Of a stretch of DNA of 64,000 nucleotides, positions 53,446-64,000 are shown piece after piece. This DNA comes from a candidate division FCPU426 bacterium (GTDB lineage: Bacteria; Oederibacteriota; PGYV01; Palsa-1178). The stretch's first letter is position 1; each line of letters opens with the position of its first letter. The stretch is from positions 32,001 through 96,000 of the forward strand of contig CAWIXE010000002.1 in NCBI GenBank assembly GCA_963840035.1. The letters are read 5' to 3'. A model generated the notes under the pieces. The model saw only the letters and a list, made by a program, of their open reading frames with translations, searched no databases and had not been told where the DNA came from. A program made the position numbers and the translations under genes.

Positions 53446-54105
53446 ATGGCAGGACCAGGACAGCCGCCGGCACCACCCAAGTCATCGGGGCCAAAAACCG
53501 CCCCGGGAGCGATTAACATAAAGCTTACACCAAAGCAGCAGCAGAACCTTGTTGCCGTCGTGTTGCTTGTTGGCGCCGTCGGGTTTGGATACTGGAAGTA
53601 CTTCCTGACACCCAATACCATAAAGATAAAGGAAAAATCAGCCATACTTGAGCAGAAGAAAAAGGAATTAAACGACGCAAGGAACATGGTCTCAAAATAT
53701 GACGAATTTTTAAAACGGGCCACGGAAACAAACGAAAAGACCGATTTTATAAACAGACGGCTGCCGATGGACGCATCCATATCGGAGACCATCAAAGAAA
53801 TAACACAGAAGGCTACGGAATCAAACATTAATATCCTCGGGTTTGAACCCGGCAAGGTGACGGCAAAAGACGAATATAAGGAAACGGAAATAAACCTGAA
53901 GTTTTCGACAAGTTATAAAGATCTTGGGGATTTTTTGACGCGTATCGGATATATAGAAAGGCTTACGAATCCGGTCAAGCTTAGCATTAAGGGTATAGAT
54001 CAGGAAGTCGGCGGATGGTCCCCCGTAGCATCGGCTGAAGCCAGAAAAGGAAACATGGACGTCGAGCTTTCAATAAAAATTTATTCTTTTATAAACAAAG
54101 GGTGA
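53446..54105 (+). CDS. pilO: PilO
   Basis: TM plus coiled coil, RLP, SYKDLGDFL..I..IERL; synteny. Confidence 0.85.
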   Translation: MAGPGQPPAPPKSSGPKTAPGAINIKLTPKQQQNLVAVVLLVGAVGFGYWKYFLTPNTIKIKEKSAILEQKKKELNDARNMVSKYDEFLKRATETNEKTDFINRRLPMDASISETIKEITQKATESNINILGFEPGKVTAKDEYKETEINLKFSTSYKDLGDFLTRIGYIERLTNPVKLSIKGIDQEVGGWSPVASAEARKGNMDVELSIKIYSFINKG

Positions 54106-54112
54106 TGGCCAA

Positions 54113-54616
54113 ATGATGAAGAAAGAAGGCAGGTTTCTAAAAGCGGTGTTTCTGGCGGCAGCGGTATTTTTATCCGCGGCAGTTATGCCATCATTTTCAT
54201 TTGCCGAAGAAAACAACTCACTTTTTGAGATCAAACCGCTGTATGTTTTTCAGAATAAGGGCAGCAGGGATCCTTTTATACCAAGGTATAAGACAGGGGT
54301 TTTTCCTTCGGCCCTTACGGTCGATATATCCACTTTCTCACTCCTGGGTATCACGGAAAGCAGGGGCGAGAAAGCCGCTCTTTTTAAAAGCAAGAGCGGA
54401 GTTCAGCTGGGTTATGTATTTATGAACGGAAAGCTTATGGCTGAAAATGACGTTAACGTATCTGATGTGGCCGGAGAATTCAGGGGTTCTATGGAAATTT
54501 TGCTAAGGCAGGGCGACAAAGAAGTGCTCTTCAAGCTTGCCAAGCAGCCGACGACCAGCCCGAATATCAGGCCTGATGACATAGAAACCGGGAAACAAAT
54601 ACCGGGCGAGTACTAA
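54113..54616 (+). CDS. PilP-like protein
   Basis: RDPF motif, LLGI; located between pilO and pilQ. Confidence 0.65.
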   Translation: MMKKEGRFLKAVFLAAAVFLSAAVMPSFSFAEENNSLFEIKPLYVFQNKGSRDPFIPRYKTGVFPSALTVDISTFSLLGITESRGEKAALFKSKSGVQLGYVFMNGKLMAENDVNVSDVAGEFRGSMEILLRQGDKEVLFKLAKQPTTSPNIRPDDIETGKQIPGEY

Positions 54617-54647
54617 TACATAATTATATTTTAAAATTTTAGGAGGC

Positions 54648-57010
54648 ATGATGAAGCTAAAAAAGAATTTGTTAATGCTGTCCATGACGGTGTTAATTTC
54701 ATTGGCGTTTCTGCCTTTTTCATACGGGGCTGACGAGGACTTTATCAGCGTGTCACCCGTGGAAAAAGAGGATGCGGGAAAAGCGCTTGAAGCAGGCGCT
54801 GTTGACAAGGGCGTGGTAAAGGCGGAAGAACCTGCCGCGACTGCGGTGCCTGTAAAAAAGGAAGAACCAGCGGCTGAGACTCCGTCTTCAGGAGACAGGG
54901 TGGAAAAAGTTTTAACGCTCGACTTGAAAGATAAAATCGAAGTCAGGATCATAACCACGAACCAGGTAAAATATAAAGCCACAGAACTTGCGGCGCCGCC
55001 AAACCCGAGGATACTTGTCCAGCTTTCAGATTGCGGAGTCAAGGGCGAAACAACGTCCGTAAACAAAGGCGGGGTCAGCAAGGTAAGGAGCGCGCCCCAT
55101 GGAACCACGGCGTGGGTTGTTGTGGACCTTAAGTCAAAGCAGAAATGGGACATCACACAGGACGGTTCGAAAATATCCGTAAACATACCAAAATCAGGAG
55201 GAGCCGAAGAGGCTTCATCCGCGGGCGGGGAAGAGCAGGCAGCGAGCCGCCAGCCAGGAAGCCCGGATCAATGATGTACAGGATAGTGGATGTCAATGGC
55301 AAAAGCCTTGAGAAAAAAACAAGGGTCATAATAACGACTGACGGCCCGGCAAAATACAGGGTGAAAAAAGATACTGAAAAAAAGCAGCTTGTTATAACTG
55401 TGATTGACGCGGTATCAATTTGGCCGAAAAGTTCCGTCACTTTTGATACAGGCTCGGTTGATAAAGTTTCATTAAGGGAGTCGGCGGCGGACAAGACCGT
55501 GGACGTCACGCTTAATATGAACGAGAACGCGCCTTATTCCGTTACAAGGGACCAGAACCAGATAGTCGTGGACATCGACAAAGTTTCGTCCGGAAACAAG
55601 GTAACAAACCGCAGGCTGGATTTGTACCAGAAGATATCAATAAATGTCCAGGACGCCTCGATAAATTCCATATTAAGGCTGCTTTCGGCGCAGTCGGGTT
55701 TTGAATTTACGATTGGGCCTTCGGCTTCGACTATTATGGCAATCACATTGCGCGAAGAGAATCAGACGCTTGAGCAGGTATTAAAGGACCTGCTGACACC
55801 CAGCGCGTTATACTACGAGATAGAGGGAAACATTATCAGGGTCGGAAGCATCGCCGAATTAAAAGGGGCAAAGTCGTTAAAACCGAAGATGCGTAAATTC
55901 TATAATCCAAGGACCATGAAGGCCGAAGAATTGAACCAGCTTCTGCTTACAACGCTCTCAAAGGAGCCCCTGATGGACGCGGTAATACAGATAGATAAGA
56001 GTCAGGGAGAGGGAAGGCTGCTTATAGTGGGCATAGAATCAGACATTGATAAGGTAATGGAGATGATACGCACCATGGACGGCGGAGGCGCATCGGATTC
56101 TGAAGATTTTTCCGAAGGCGGCGTAAAGACAAAAGTTTTCAAACTGCAGTATGTATATCCCACTACGCTTATGGAAACGGTTAAATTATTTTCCAGCGAT
56201 ACCGCTAAAATAATCGCCGACAACAGGACTTCCAGCATAATAATCACCGATAATGTAAAATACCTTAAAAAAATTGAGGGCCTTATTAAGAAACTTGATG
56301 TGAAGATCAAGCAGGTTATCATTGAGGCAAAGCTTTATGAAGTCGATGTAAACTCGCTCAAAAACATCGGTATAAGATGGTCAGCTGAAAATCAGGCTGC
56401 AAACCCGCACATACTCGGGGATGTCGTGGCAAATCCCCTATCCGGGGCAGGCGAGCTGGTTGTGGGACTGCTGCAGAACGGCATGAAGGTGAGCGCGATT
56501 ATAGACGCCCTTGAAAGCAACAATAAAGCCACGCTGTTATCATCACCAAGGATAGCCGTAAGCGATAATGATACGGCGACTATCGAAACAACAAGGACCA
56601 CTTACTACCAGACGACGGAGGTAGTAAATTCCACAAGCGGTTCGACCGTAGCCACAAAATACAATCCGATACAGCTGCCCATAAAGCTTCTGGTAGGCGC
56701 TAAAATTTCCGACAACAAGACTATATTGATGAGCATCCAGCTTGAGGTATCAAAGATACTAACCGCTGTTACCGGCGGCGCACCCCCTGATACCGCATTA
56801 CAGAAAGCAAATACAATGGTTTCGGCTATGAACAATGAAACTGTGGTAATCGGCGGGCTGGTAACTGAGTCTGTAACAGTTCAGGAAGATAAGGTGCCTT
56901 TCCTCGGGGACCTTCCGCTGCTTGGCGGATTATTCAGGGGATCCAAGACATCAAGGGATAAGGTCGAGCTCGTGGTATTCTTAACACCGATGATTATAGA
57001 AGAAGAATAA
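54648..57010 (+). CDS. pilQ: Secretin PilQ with AMIN domains, interrupted by a 1-base deletion near 55200-55245
   Basis: Signal peptide and AMIN-like domain in first frame; QVIIEAK, LSSPRI, VVIGGL, KVPFLGDLPLLGGLF, ELVVFLTPMI in second frame. Confidence 0.88.
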
Positions 57011-57031
57011 AATATGTGAATCAACAAAAGT

Positions 57032-57058
57032 GCCGCGGTTAAATACCGCGGCTTTTTT
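57032..57058 (+). terminator. Intrinsic terminator after pilQ
   Basis: gccgcggt taaat accgcggc tttttt. Confidence 0.8.
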
Positions 57059-57076
57059 GTTAGAAGGCGGTTTTAA

Positions 57077-58255
57077 ATGCTCAGATACATGACAGCCGGC
57101 GAGTCCCATGGCAAAGGCCTCGTTATTATAATTGACGGGGTGCCATCCGGAATTAAGTTCGGAGAGAAGGATATTAATGAGTTCCTTTCTGAAAGGCAGA
57201 AAGGTTTCGGCAGGGGAGGCCGCCAGAGGATAGAGAGCGACTATGCCGAGATCATATCGGGTGTGCGTTTCGGAAAGACAACGGGCGCGCCCGTTTCTGT
57301 AATGGTGGAAAACAGGGATTATAAGAACTGGGAAAAGGTTCTATCTATAAACGAACCTGAAGGGAAAATAAATGAGTTTAACGTTCCAAGGCCGGGGCAC
57401 GCGGATTTAGCCGGAGGGATTAAATATAACCATCATGATTTCAGGAATGTCCTTGAAAGGGCAAGCGCCAGGGAGACTGCGGCTAGGGTAATAGCCGGAG
57501 CCTTAGCAAAAGCTGTTCTGCGTGAGTTTTCCATAGATGTTTTCGGGTATGTCATTAACATCGCCGGGGTTTTAACCGACGATGACACAGGCCTTGATAT
57601 AGCAGGGATAAAGGAACTTATAGGCGGCGTCAACAAAAAATATAAGGCTGATTTAAGGTTCCCCGGCATGCAGGAAGCGCCTGTCATAATTAGAAAGATC
57701 GAGGCGGCGTCAGCCGAAGGGGATACAATAGGCGGAGTGGTAAAAGTAATCACATCGCCGCTGCCAATCGGGCTCGGGGACTATACACAGTGGGATAAAA
57801 AACTTGACGCGTCCATTGCGCGTTCCTTAATGAGCATACAGGCGATAAAAGGCGTGGAGTTCGGTCTCGGATTCTCGAGCGCCGGCGTGCCCGGGTCAAG
57901 GGTCCATGATAAGATACTCTATTCAAAAAGCGCCGGATTCCACAGGCTTTCAAATAATGCCGGCGGAATTGAAGGCGGCATGTCAAACGGCATGCCCATA
58001 GTCGTAAAAGCGGCCATGAAGCCCATATCCACGGTTAAAAAAGGAATTGAGTCGGTCAATGCCAAAACCAAGAAAAAGGTAAAGACGGTGTACGAGCGTT
58101 CGGATATCTGCGCTGTGCCGGCCGCGTCCATTGTGGCGGAAGCCGCGGTAGCTTTTGAAGTGGCGTCGGCTTTCCTGGAGAGGTTCGGGGCTTCAAATCT
58201 GACGGAGTTGAAGTCAAATTATGCAAATTATTTAAGGTTTGTCAAAGCATACTGA
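57077..58255 (+). CDS. aroC: Chorismate synthase
   Basis: TAGESHG, RPGHAD, ERASARETA, GGIEGGMSNG, MKPIST. Confidence 0.97.
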   Translation: MLRYMTAGESHGKGLVIIIDGVPSGIKFGEKDINEFLSERQKGFGRGGRQRIESDYAEIISGVRFGKTTGAPVSVMVENRDYKNWEKVLSINEPEGKINEFNVPRPGHADLAGGIKYNHHDFRNVLERASARETAARVIAGALAKAVLREFSIDVFGYVINIAGVLTDDDTGLDIAGIKELIGGVNKKYKADLRFPGMQEAPVIIRKIEAASAEGDTIGGVVKVITSPLPIGLGDYTQWDKKLDASIARSLMSIQAIKGVEFGLGFSSAGVPGSRVHDKILYSKSAGFHRLSNNAGGIEGGMSNGMPIVVKAAMKPISTVKKGIESVNAKTKKKVKTVYERSDICAVPAASIVAEAAVAFEVASAFLERFGASNLTELKSNYANYLRFVKAY

Positions 58256-58781
58256 CATGGAAAATATAATACTCATAGGTTTCATGGGCAGCGGAAAGAC
58301 GTCCATAGGAAGGGAACTAGCGCGCATAACCGGATTTAAATACGCGGATATGGATAAAATGATAGTTAAGCACAAAGGCATGTCCATAAAAAAAATATTT
58401 GCTTTATACGGCGAGGATGCTTTCAGGGATATTGAAAGCCTGATGGTAAAAAAAGCGGCAAAGATGAAAAAGGCCGTCATTGCCACGGGCGGCGGGGTGG
58501 TAAAAAGGGAAGGCAACATAAAACTGCTCCGCAAAGCAGGGACAGTGGTATACTTAAAGACGGGATTTGATGCGATTGTGGAGCGCATCAGGGAGCGGGA
58601 TGACAGGCCGCTTTTTGACATGAATAATTTAAACGCCACAAAGATGCTTTATAAAGGCAGGCTGCCGGTTTACAGCAAGGCGGCACACTTTACAATAGTC
58701 ACGGAAAAGCACACGGTAAAGAGCGCGGCAAAAGCCATATTAAAAAAGGCGGGTTTGAATTTTGAAAAAAATAAGGGTTAA
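58239..58781 (+). CDS. aroK: Shikimate kinase
   Basis: GFMGSGKTSIG, GEDAFRDIE, ATGGG, RPL. Confidence 0.95.
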   Translation: MSKHTDMENIILIGFMGSGKTSIGRELARITGFKYADMDKMIVKHKGMSIKKIFALYGEDAFRDIESLMVKKAAKMKKAVIATGGGVVKREGNIKLLRKAGTVVYLKTGFDAIVERIRERDDRPLFDMNNLNATKMLYKGRLPVYSKAAHFTIVTEKHTVKSAAKAILKKAGLNFEKNKG

Positions 58782-59874
58782 ACTTAAAAGCAATCCATAC
58801 AATGTATACATCGGAAGCGGCATATTGCCGCTGGCCGGAGAGCTTCTGCGCGGCCTTATCAAAGGCAAAAAAGTGATGATAGTATCAAATAAAAAAGTGT
58901 ACGGCTGCCACGGGGCGGCGTTAAAGGCCGCGCTTTCAAAACATTTTGAGACAAGCGTGCACCTCATGCCTGACGGGGAAAAACATAAGACATTAAAGAC
59001 CACACAAGCCATTTATAACGCCTGCGCGAAAAACAACCTCGACCGTTATTCCGCCATAGTGGCGCTTGGCGGCGGTGTGACCGGCGATGTGGCCGGCTTT
59101 GCGGCTGCCACTTATATGAGGGGCATTCCCGTGGTGCAGGTGCCCACATCGCTTATTGCCATGGCTGATTCATCCATGGGCGGAAAAACAGGGGTGGACA
59201 TACCGGCCGGGAAAAATCTGATTGGCGCTTTTCATCAGCCGCTTTTTGTCCTGATGGATACTGACACGTTAAACACCCTTCCGGAAGAAGAATACAAAAA
59301 CGGGCTGGCAGAGGTGATAAAACACGGCATAATACTGGACCGTAATTATTTCAATTTTATTAAAAACAACAAAATGAAAATTTTGAAAAAGGACAAAAAT
59401 GCGGTTTTAAGGATGGTCACAGGCTCTGCTAAGATAAAGGCCGCGGTTGTGGCTGCCGATGAAAAAGAAACAAAGGGGCTAAGGGCTGCCCTTAACTACG
59501 GACACACCATAGGCCACGCCATAGAGGCTGCGGCAGGCTTTAAATCGTATAAACACGGCCAGGCCATAGTCTTGGGGATGATTGCGGCGGCTAAGATAGC
59601 GAAAAACCTGGGTATTTGCGGGGAAAAGACCGTAAATGAGCAAATCAAAGTGTTTAATTCGTTTAATTTAATCAAACCTTTAAAGAACTTAAGAATTGAT
59701 AATATAATCAAAAGGTTGTACAATGACAAGAAGGCAAAAGACGGGGAAATAAGATTTATATTGACAAAGGAAATAGGGCGTGTTAAATTGATTAAAATTG
59801 TACCTATTACTGTTATAAAATCAGAGCTAAAGAATTTATACATCAGAGAGGTGTTATCTTTATATGGCGAATGA
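58762..59874 (+). CDS. aroB: 3-dehydroquinate synthase
   Basis: GGGVTGD, DSSMGGKTG, KNLIGAFHQP, LNYGHTIGHAIE. Confidence 0.96.
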   Translation: MKKIRVKLKSNPYNVYIGSGILPLAGELLRGLIKGKKVMIVSNKKVYGCHGAALKAALSKHFETSVHLMPDGEKHKTLKTTQAIYNACAKNNLDRYSAIVALGGGVTGDVAGFAAATYMRGIPVVQVPTSLIAMADSSMGGKTGVDIPAGKNLIGAFHQPLFVLMDTDTLNTLPEEEYKNGLAEVIKHGIILDRNYFNFIKNNKMKILKKDKNAVLRMVTGSAKIKAAVVAADEKETKGLRAALNYGHTIGHAIEAAAGFKSYKHGQAIVLGMIAAAKIAKNLGICGEKTVNEQIKVFNSFNLIKPLKNLRIDNIIKRLYNDKKAKDGEIRFILTKEIGRVKLIKIVPITVIKSELKNLYIREVLSLYGE

Positions 59875-61171
59875 TGCCATGGCAGAAGTTGATGAACTAA
59901 AGAAAAGGTTGTCGCAAAATCCTGACTCTCTGATTTTTGTACCGCTTGCGGATGCTTACAGGAAGGCCGGCTTGCTTCAGGAAGCCATAGACGTATGTAA
60001 AAAAGGGCTTGAAAAACACCCGACATATATGTCGGCGAGGGTTGTTCTTGGCAGGGTTTACGGAGAGAAGGACATGCTTGACGAGGCCATAGACGAGTTA
60101 AGAAGGGTCGAGGCTGTCGATGTGGACAATATCATGGTGCACTCCATGCTTGGCAATGTATACCTCAAAAAAAAAATGTACGCCCAGGCTATCGAGCAGT
60201 TTCAGAGGGTGCTGTCATTAAATCCTGAGGATTCGGAAACACAGGATAAGCTCCAGGAAGCGCTCTCGGCAAAACAGGAACCGTCCAAAACCGAAGCCCC
60301 GAAAGCTGCGGCTCCAAAACCTGAACCGCCAAAACCTGCGGCACCGAAAGTGGAACCGCCGAAGCCGGTGTCAGACCCGAAGCTTGATACTATAAAGTCC
60401 ATGAAAGCAGCGGAATTATACACTAAGAAGGAAGAATTCGATAAGGCGATTGAAATATATAAAGAGCTCCTTGATAATGACCCGGGCAATGTTGTGATAG
60501 AGCAGCGTCTCCGCGAAGTTTACGACTTCCAGAACAAGAAACTTGAGAAGTCCAGGGCAAAGGCCGCTGAACCGCAGAGGAAACCCGACGCTGATAAGCT
60601 GACCAATGAAGACATACTTGACATAATGAAAAACGCAGTGGAAGACGTAAAGGTCGATGACGAACCGGCAAAACCGGCGCCGGCGGCCGTAAAACCCGCG
60701 GAGCCCAAAAAGGAAACACCGGCACCCGCGCCTGCAGCTCCTAAGCCGGCGGAAACAAAAAAAGAAACACCGCCGCCTGCAGCGAAGGCTGAAGTAAAGC
60801 AGATTGAACCGGATAAAGCAAGAAAACTTGAGGATGTCCTGCACGCCTTAAACAGCGTGGAAGGCATCGTGGGAAGCTTTTTCCTGCTGCGCGACGGAAC
60901 AATAGTCGCGAGCGTGCTTCCGAAAAATATTAACGGCGCAGAGATAGGCAAATTGATAGCATCCATAGTTGAAAAGACAGAGCACTCGGTGAAAGCCATG
61001 AACCAGGGCAAGTTGAACCAGGTGGTCATATCATCGGAAACCGGACAGCTGCTCTTTACCGAAGTCTTAACCGGCGTGCTTTTCATGATAGGCAACGAGC
61101 AGATAAATGTAGGAAAAATGAGGCTCATGTTAAAAGATGTCATTGAGCAGATAAAAACCGTCCTTGCTTAA
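59864..61171 (+). CDS. TPR protein with Pro/Ala/Lys linkers and C-terminal roadblock/LC7 domain
   Basis: FVPLADAYRKAG..TPR repeats; VEGIVGSFFLLRDGTIVAS..VGKMRL roadblock pattern. Confidence 0.8.
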   Translation: MANDAMAEVDELKKRLSQNPDSLIFVPLADAYRKAGLLQEAIDVCKKGLEKHPTYMSARVVLGRVYGEKDMLDEAIDELRRVEAVDVDNIMVHSMLGNVYLKKKMYAQAIEQFQRVLSLNPEDSETQDKLQEALSAKQEPSKTEAPKAAAPKPEPPKPAAPKVEPPKPVSDPKLDTIKSMKAAELYTKKEEFDKAIEIYKELLDNDPGNVVIEQRLREVYDFQNKKLEKSRAKAAEPQRKPDADKLTNEDILDIMKNAVEDVKVDDEPAKPAPAAVKPAEPKKETPAPAPAAPKPAETKKETPPPAAKAEVKQIEPDKARKLEDVLHALNSVEGIVGSFFLLRDGTIVASVLPKNINGAEIGKLIASIVEKTEHSVKAMNQGKLNQVVISSETGQLLFTEVLTGVLFMIGNEQINVGKMRLMLKDVIEQIKTVLA

Positions 61172-61193
61172 AGGGCGCGGAGGAAATATATAA

Positions 61194-61550
61194 ATGGATT
61201 TTAAAAGCCTGCTTCAAAAAGTTGTAGAGAGTGTTGACGGCGCCATGGGCGCCGCCGTGATAGGCGAGGACGGTATAGCCATAGACCAGTTTTCCGCCAA
61301 GTCCGATTTTGACATTACAGCCGCAGGCGCGGAGTACTCCACCATAATATCAAGCGCAAGGAAAGCGTCAACCAGCTTCGGCCTGGGAAAAACCAATGAA
61401 GTCCTCATATCCACGGAAAAAGCCACGATGATCATGATGGTCGTCGGCGCGAGCTACTTCGTGACACTGGCTTTAAGCCTCGACGGCAACCTCGGCCGCG
61501 GAAGGCTTGAACTGAAAAAAGCCATTCCGGAACTGGAAAAGCTGCTTTAA
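61194..61550 (+). CDS. Roadblock/LC7 domain protein (MglB/MglC-like)
   Basis: VDGAMGAAVIGEDGIAID..DGNLGRGRLEL. Confidence 0.85.
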   Translation: MDFKSLLQKVVESVDGAMGAAVIGEDGIAIDQFSAKSDFDITAAGAEYSTIISSARKASTSFGLGKTNEVLISTEKATMIMMVVGASYFVTLALSLDGNLGRGRLELKKAIPELEKLL

Positions 61551-62329
61551 TGTTTTTAAGGGCGCTTAACCGCAGCTTCTGGGTCCTGTATGATAATCTC
61601 TTAAAGGGCATAGTGATTAACGTCATTTTATTCGCCCTGTACCTCGCCGCTTTTTACCTCCTCTGGTCCAATAAAATGACCGTGCCGGCTTTGTTTTTAG
61701 TCGGGCTTCTCTGGCACATTTTCACCCCGGCAGTCATACACTACTATATTAAAATTATCAGGATGGATGACAATAAAGGCATGTGGGGAGAACTCTGGGA
61801 AGGGCTTAAACTTTTCTGGTGGCGCGGCATTGTCATATACGCGCTGCTGGCGGCCATGATATTCCTAGCATTCATAGCTTTTAATTTTTATAAGGCCCAC
61901 TCCTCCAATATCCTGGCATTAATCGCCGGCGGCATCGGCATATGGGCCATAATTTCCTTTATCCTCATGCAGATATACCTGATGCCCATCATGGTAATGG
62001 ACGAGAAAAGAAGAATATGGTCCTCGTACAAAAAATCAGTCATCATGCTTTTATCAGCCCCGTTCTCGTCAATATTTACGGCCGCTGTCATGGCCTTCTT
62101 TTTCATGCTATTTTTCCCGGTAACATCCGCGCTGCGCATGGGCTGGGTGGTATACGCTACCATGTTCCCCATATTTCTAATGCCGTTTTTGACCCTGGTA
62201 TTTAATATCCTAATGCAGCTTAATTCAGCCATGCTTATTTATGAAAAACACGGTGTCAATCCGCCCTTAACCGAAATATGGGAGAAGAGGGACTTGTCCA
62301 ACTTATTCAGGCCGTGGGAGGTCAAATGA
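61550..62329 (+). CDS. Multi-pass membrane protein (DUF624-like)
   Basis: About 6 hydrophobic segments. Confidence 0.55.
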   Translation: MFLRALNRSFWVLYDNLLKGIVINVILFALYLAAFYLLWSNKMTVPALFLVGLLWHIFTPAVIHYYIKIIRMDDNKGMWGELWEGLKLFWWRGIVIYALLAAMIFLAFIAFNFYKAHSSNILALIAGGIGIWAIISFILMQIYLMPIMVMDEKRRIWSSYKKSVIMLLSAPFSSIFTAAVMAFFFMLFFPVTSALRMGWVVYATMFPIFLMPFLTLVFNILMQLNSAMLIYEKHGVNPPLTEIWEKRDLSNLFRPWEVK

Positions 62330-62643
62330 CCATGGCAGCCCGCTGGCACGAGAGAAAGTCCTCGGGTTATGACGGAAGCAAGGCCATAAGGTTCATAATA
62401 ATCTTCATCATAGCCATAGGCGTTATCTTCCTTGCCAAAAATATCATGAGCTATATGAACATGAAAAGCCAGCGCGACAACATGCGCGTGGAAATAGAAG
62501 AACTCAAAAAATCCAACGAAGAACTCTCCGCCAAGGTAAATAATCTTTACAACGACAAGGAATACATCGAAAAAAAAGCGCGCGAAAAACTTAACCTGAT
62601 CAAAGATGGGGAGACCGTAATAATAATAAAAAAGGATAAGTAG
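62326..62643 (+). CDS. ftsB: Septum formation initiator, FtsB/DivIC family
   Basis: TM plus coiled coil, YIEKKAREKLNLIKDGE. Confidence 0.85.
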   Translation: MTMAARWHERKSSGYDGSKAIRFIIIFIIAIGVIFLAKNIMSYMNMKSQRDNMRVEIEELKKSNEELSAKVNNLYNDKEYIEKKAREKLNLIKDGETVIIIKKDK

Positions 62644-62702
62644 CGCTTCAGTCTTGTCAAAAAAACGAATTTTATGAAATATAACAATCTGGAGTGTGTC
62701 CG

Positions 62703-64000
62703 GTGGTCAGGGATAATTTTAAAAAAGAAGATATGATTGTTTTAACACTTTTTATTTTTATGTCAGTGCTGATAATCCAGAGAGCATACCTTTCAGACAT
62801 CTATATTTCACCGGATTCGGCGAATTACCTTAAGGCTGCTCAGGGATTGCTGGATGGGAACGGGTTCTACTACAATAAGAACGCTGGAGATACGGCAACG
62901 TGGTTTGCCATCTGGCCCATCGGATATCCAGCCCTTATAGCCTGCGTATCCCTCGTTACAGGCACTAATGTTTACATGGCTTCAAAGGTCCTGACGCTGA
63001 TATTTATACTGGCCATATTTATATTTTTTAAACTGCGATTCAGGGAAGACGCGTGGATATACTCCCTTTCAGTAGGCAATAAGGTTTTTATCATAATCTT
63101 TTGTTATACCTGGAGCGAACAGCCTTTTATTCTCGGGATGCTGTGGTTTTCCGCAGCTCTATATGACGTTTTTAGAAATGATGATGTCAAATTAGGGGAT
63201 TACCTTAACCTGACCATTTCGGCGGTCTTCCTGTTTCTCATGCGCTATATAGGTGCTTTCGCGGTGGGTATTATTGGGGCGGCAGCCGGAGTGCTGTTGG
63301 CCGTACAGTTTGCATCCGGATTTTCCGAAAAAAAACAGGTCAAAAAGGCCGCGTTTTTATTCTGCAGCGCTGTCGTAAGCGGTTCGGGCATACTCATGTA
63401 CCTTTTAGTAAACCTTCAGAAAACAGGATTCACGACTGGCATGCAGAGGCTGAAGGCCCCGGAGACGTTTTTTGAGCTCTTAAGAGCGCTTTTAAAGTCT
63501 GGGCAGCAGGAAATATTGTACGCTGTTCTATCTTTTTTGGGAATTGCTTTCGCCATACTGACAATAGCCGGTTTTGCGCTCAGACTGCGTGTTACCCGGG
63601 ATGTGTTCCGCGGACTGAAAGATTATAAAAACCATCAGAGTTTGTTTTTTATATTAACAGGCGCTGTTTATCTGGCGGCCATAGTGTATTCTAGGTTTAC
63701 CACACATTTTGACGGGTTTGATTACCGGCTACTTTATCCGGCCACTTTTTTGTTCGTGACGGGCATTGTTGCGTTGATAGTGGAACAAATGCCGTCGCAG
63801 GCCGCGTCTTTAAGGGCTGTTGTCAGGCCGGCCCATGTGATTGTCAGTTGTGTCTTTATCGCCGGATGTCTTTTATTTGTGGCGGCCGGGGGAAAGAATT
63901 TCGTAAAAGCATTATTTAAGAATGAAAAATATAAGAGTGAAACTACGGGTTTTTCATACAGGCGCGCCCAGGCAATCGAAAAGTACAGGAATGTGCCGTC
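62703..64000 (+). CDS. GT-C-fold membrane glycosyltransferase-like protein, runs off window end (not in ORF track)
   Basis: GTG after GGAG; ISPDSANYLKAAQGLLDGNGF..FAIWPIGYPALIA; many hydrophobic segments. Confidence 0.65.
   Translation, partial: MVRDNFKKEDMIVLTLFIFMSVLIIQRAYLSDIYISPDSANYLKAAQGLLDGNGFYYNKNAGDTATWFAIWPIGYPALIACVSLVTGTNVYMASKVLTLIFILAIFIFFKLRFREDAWIYSLSVGNKVFIIIFCYTWSEQPFILGMLWFSAALYDVFRNDDVKLGDYLNLTISAVFLFLMRYIGAFAVGIIGAAAGVLLAVQFASGFSEKKQVKKAAFLFCSAVVSGSGILMYLLVNLQKTGFTTGMQRLKAPETFFELLRALLKSGQQEILYAVLSFLGIAFAILTIAGFALRLRVTRDVFRGLKDYKNHQSLFFILTGAVYLAAIVYSRFTTHFDGFDYRLLYPATFLFVTGIVALIVEQMPSQAASLRAVVRPAHVIVSCVFIAGCLLFVAAGGKNFVKALFKNEKYKSETTGFSYRRAQAIEKYRNVP

Noticed and set aside
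54648..55274. Independent AMIN-domain gene upstream of a separate secretin
   Set aside because: The downstream part would lack a signal peptide; one missing base restores a normal PilQ.

Overview
A 64-kb bacterial chromosome segment in which every credible gene lies on the + strand. Outer-membrane barrels and a secretin indicate a diderm. The abundant Thr-rich/FlgD-Ig secreted proteins resemble those of Candidatus Goldbacteria-type lineages, but that placement is tentative. Housekeeping content: rarA, three SurA/PrsA-like foldases, argC-argJ, a complete F1Fo ATP synthase operon, a carbohydrate block (MalK/MsmX-type ATPase, GH94 phosphorylase, glgA, GH13), tRNA-Glu(TTC), a type IV pilus cluster (pilT-C-A-D-M-N-O-P-Q, no pilB), aroC-aroK-aroB, a TPR-roadblock gene plus a roadblock gene, and ftsB. 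Four genes (argJ, atpH, a PorV-like gene, pilQ) each carry a single-base frameshift, probably assembly errors. The most striking unexplained signal is non-coding. About 17 intergenic spacers, four of them inside the atp operon, hold arrays of about 4 heptamer units, often as inverted pairs running from a stop codon to the next RBS. The sequence differs between sites but the 7-nt period is constant, and a dense cluster precedes a four-helix-bundle (Avd/IVP-like) gene. Also notable: a family of GTAG REP/REPIN-like elements, including a three-copy ~120-bp structured element, and a possible T9SS-like sorting plus O-glycosylation system (TxT-stalk proteins with KxxxK-ending CTDs, two PorV/PorQ-like barrels, a DUF2723/GT117 transferase). 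All assignments come from reading motifs by eye; no searches were run.
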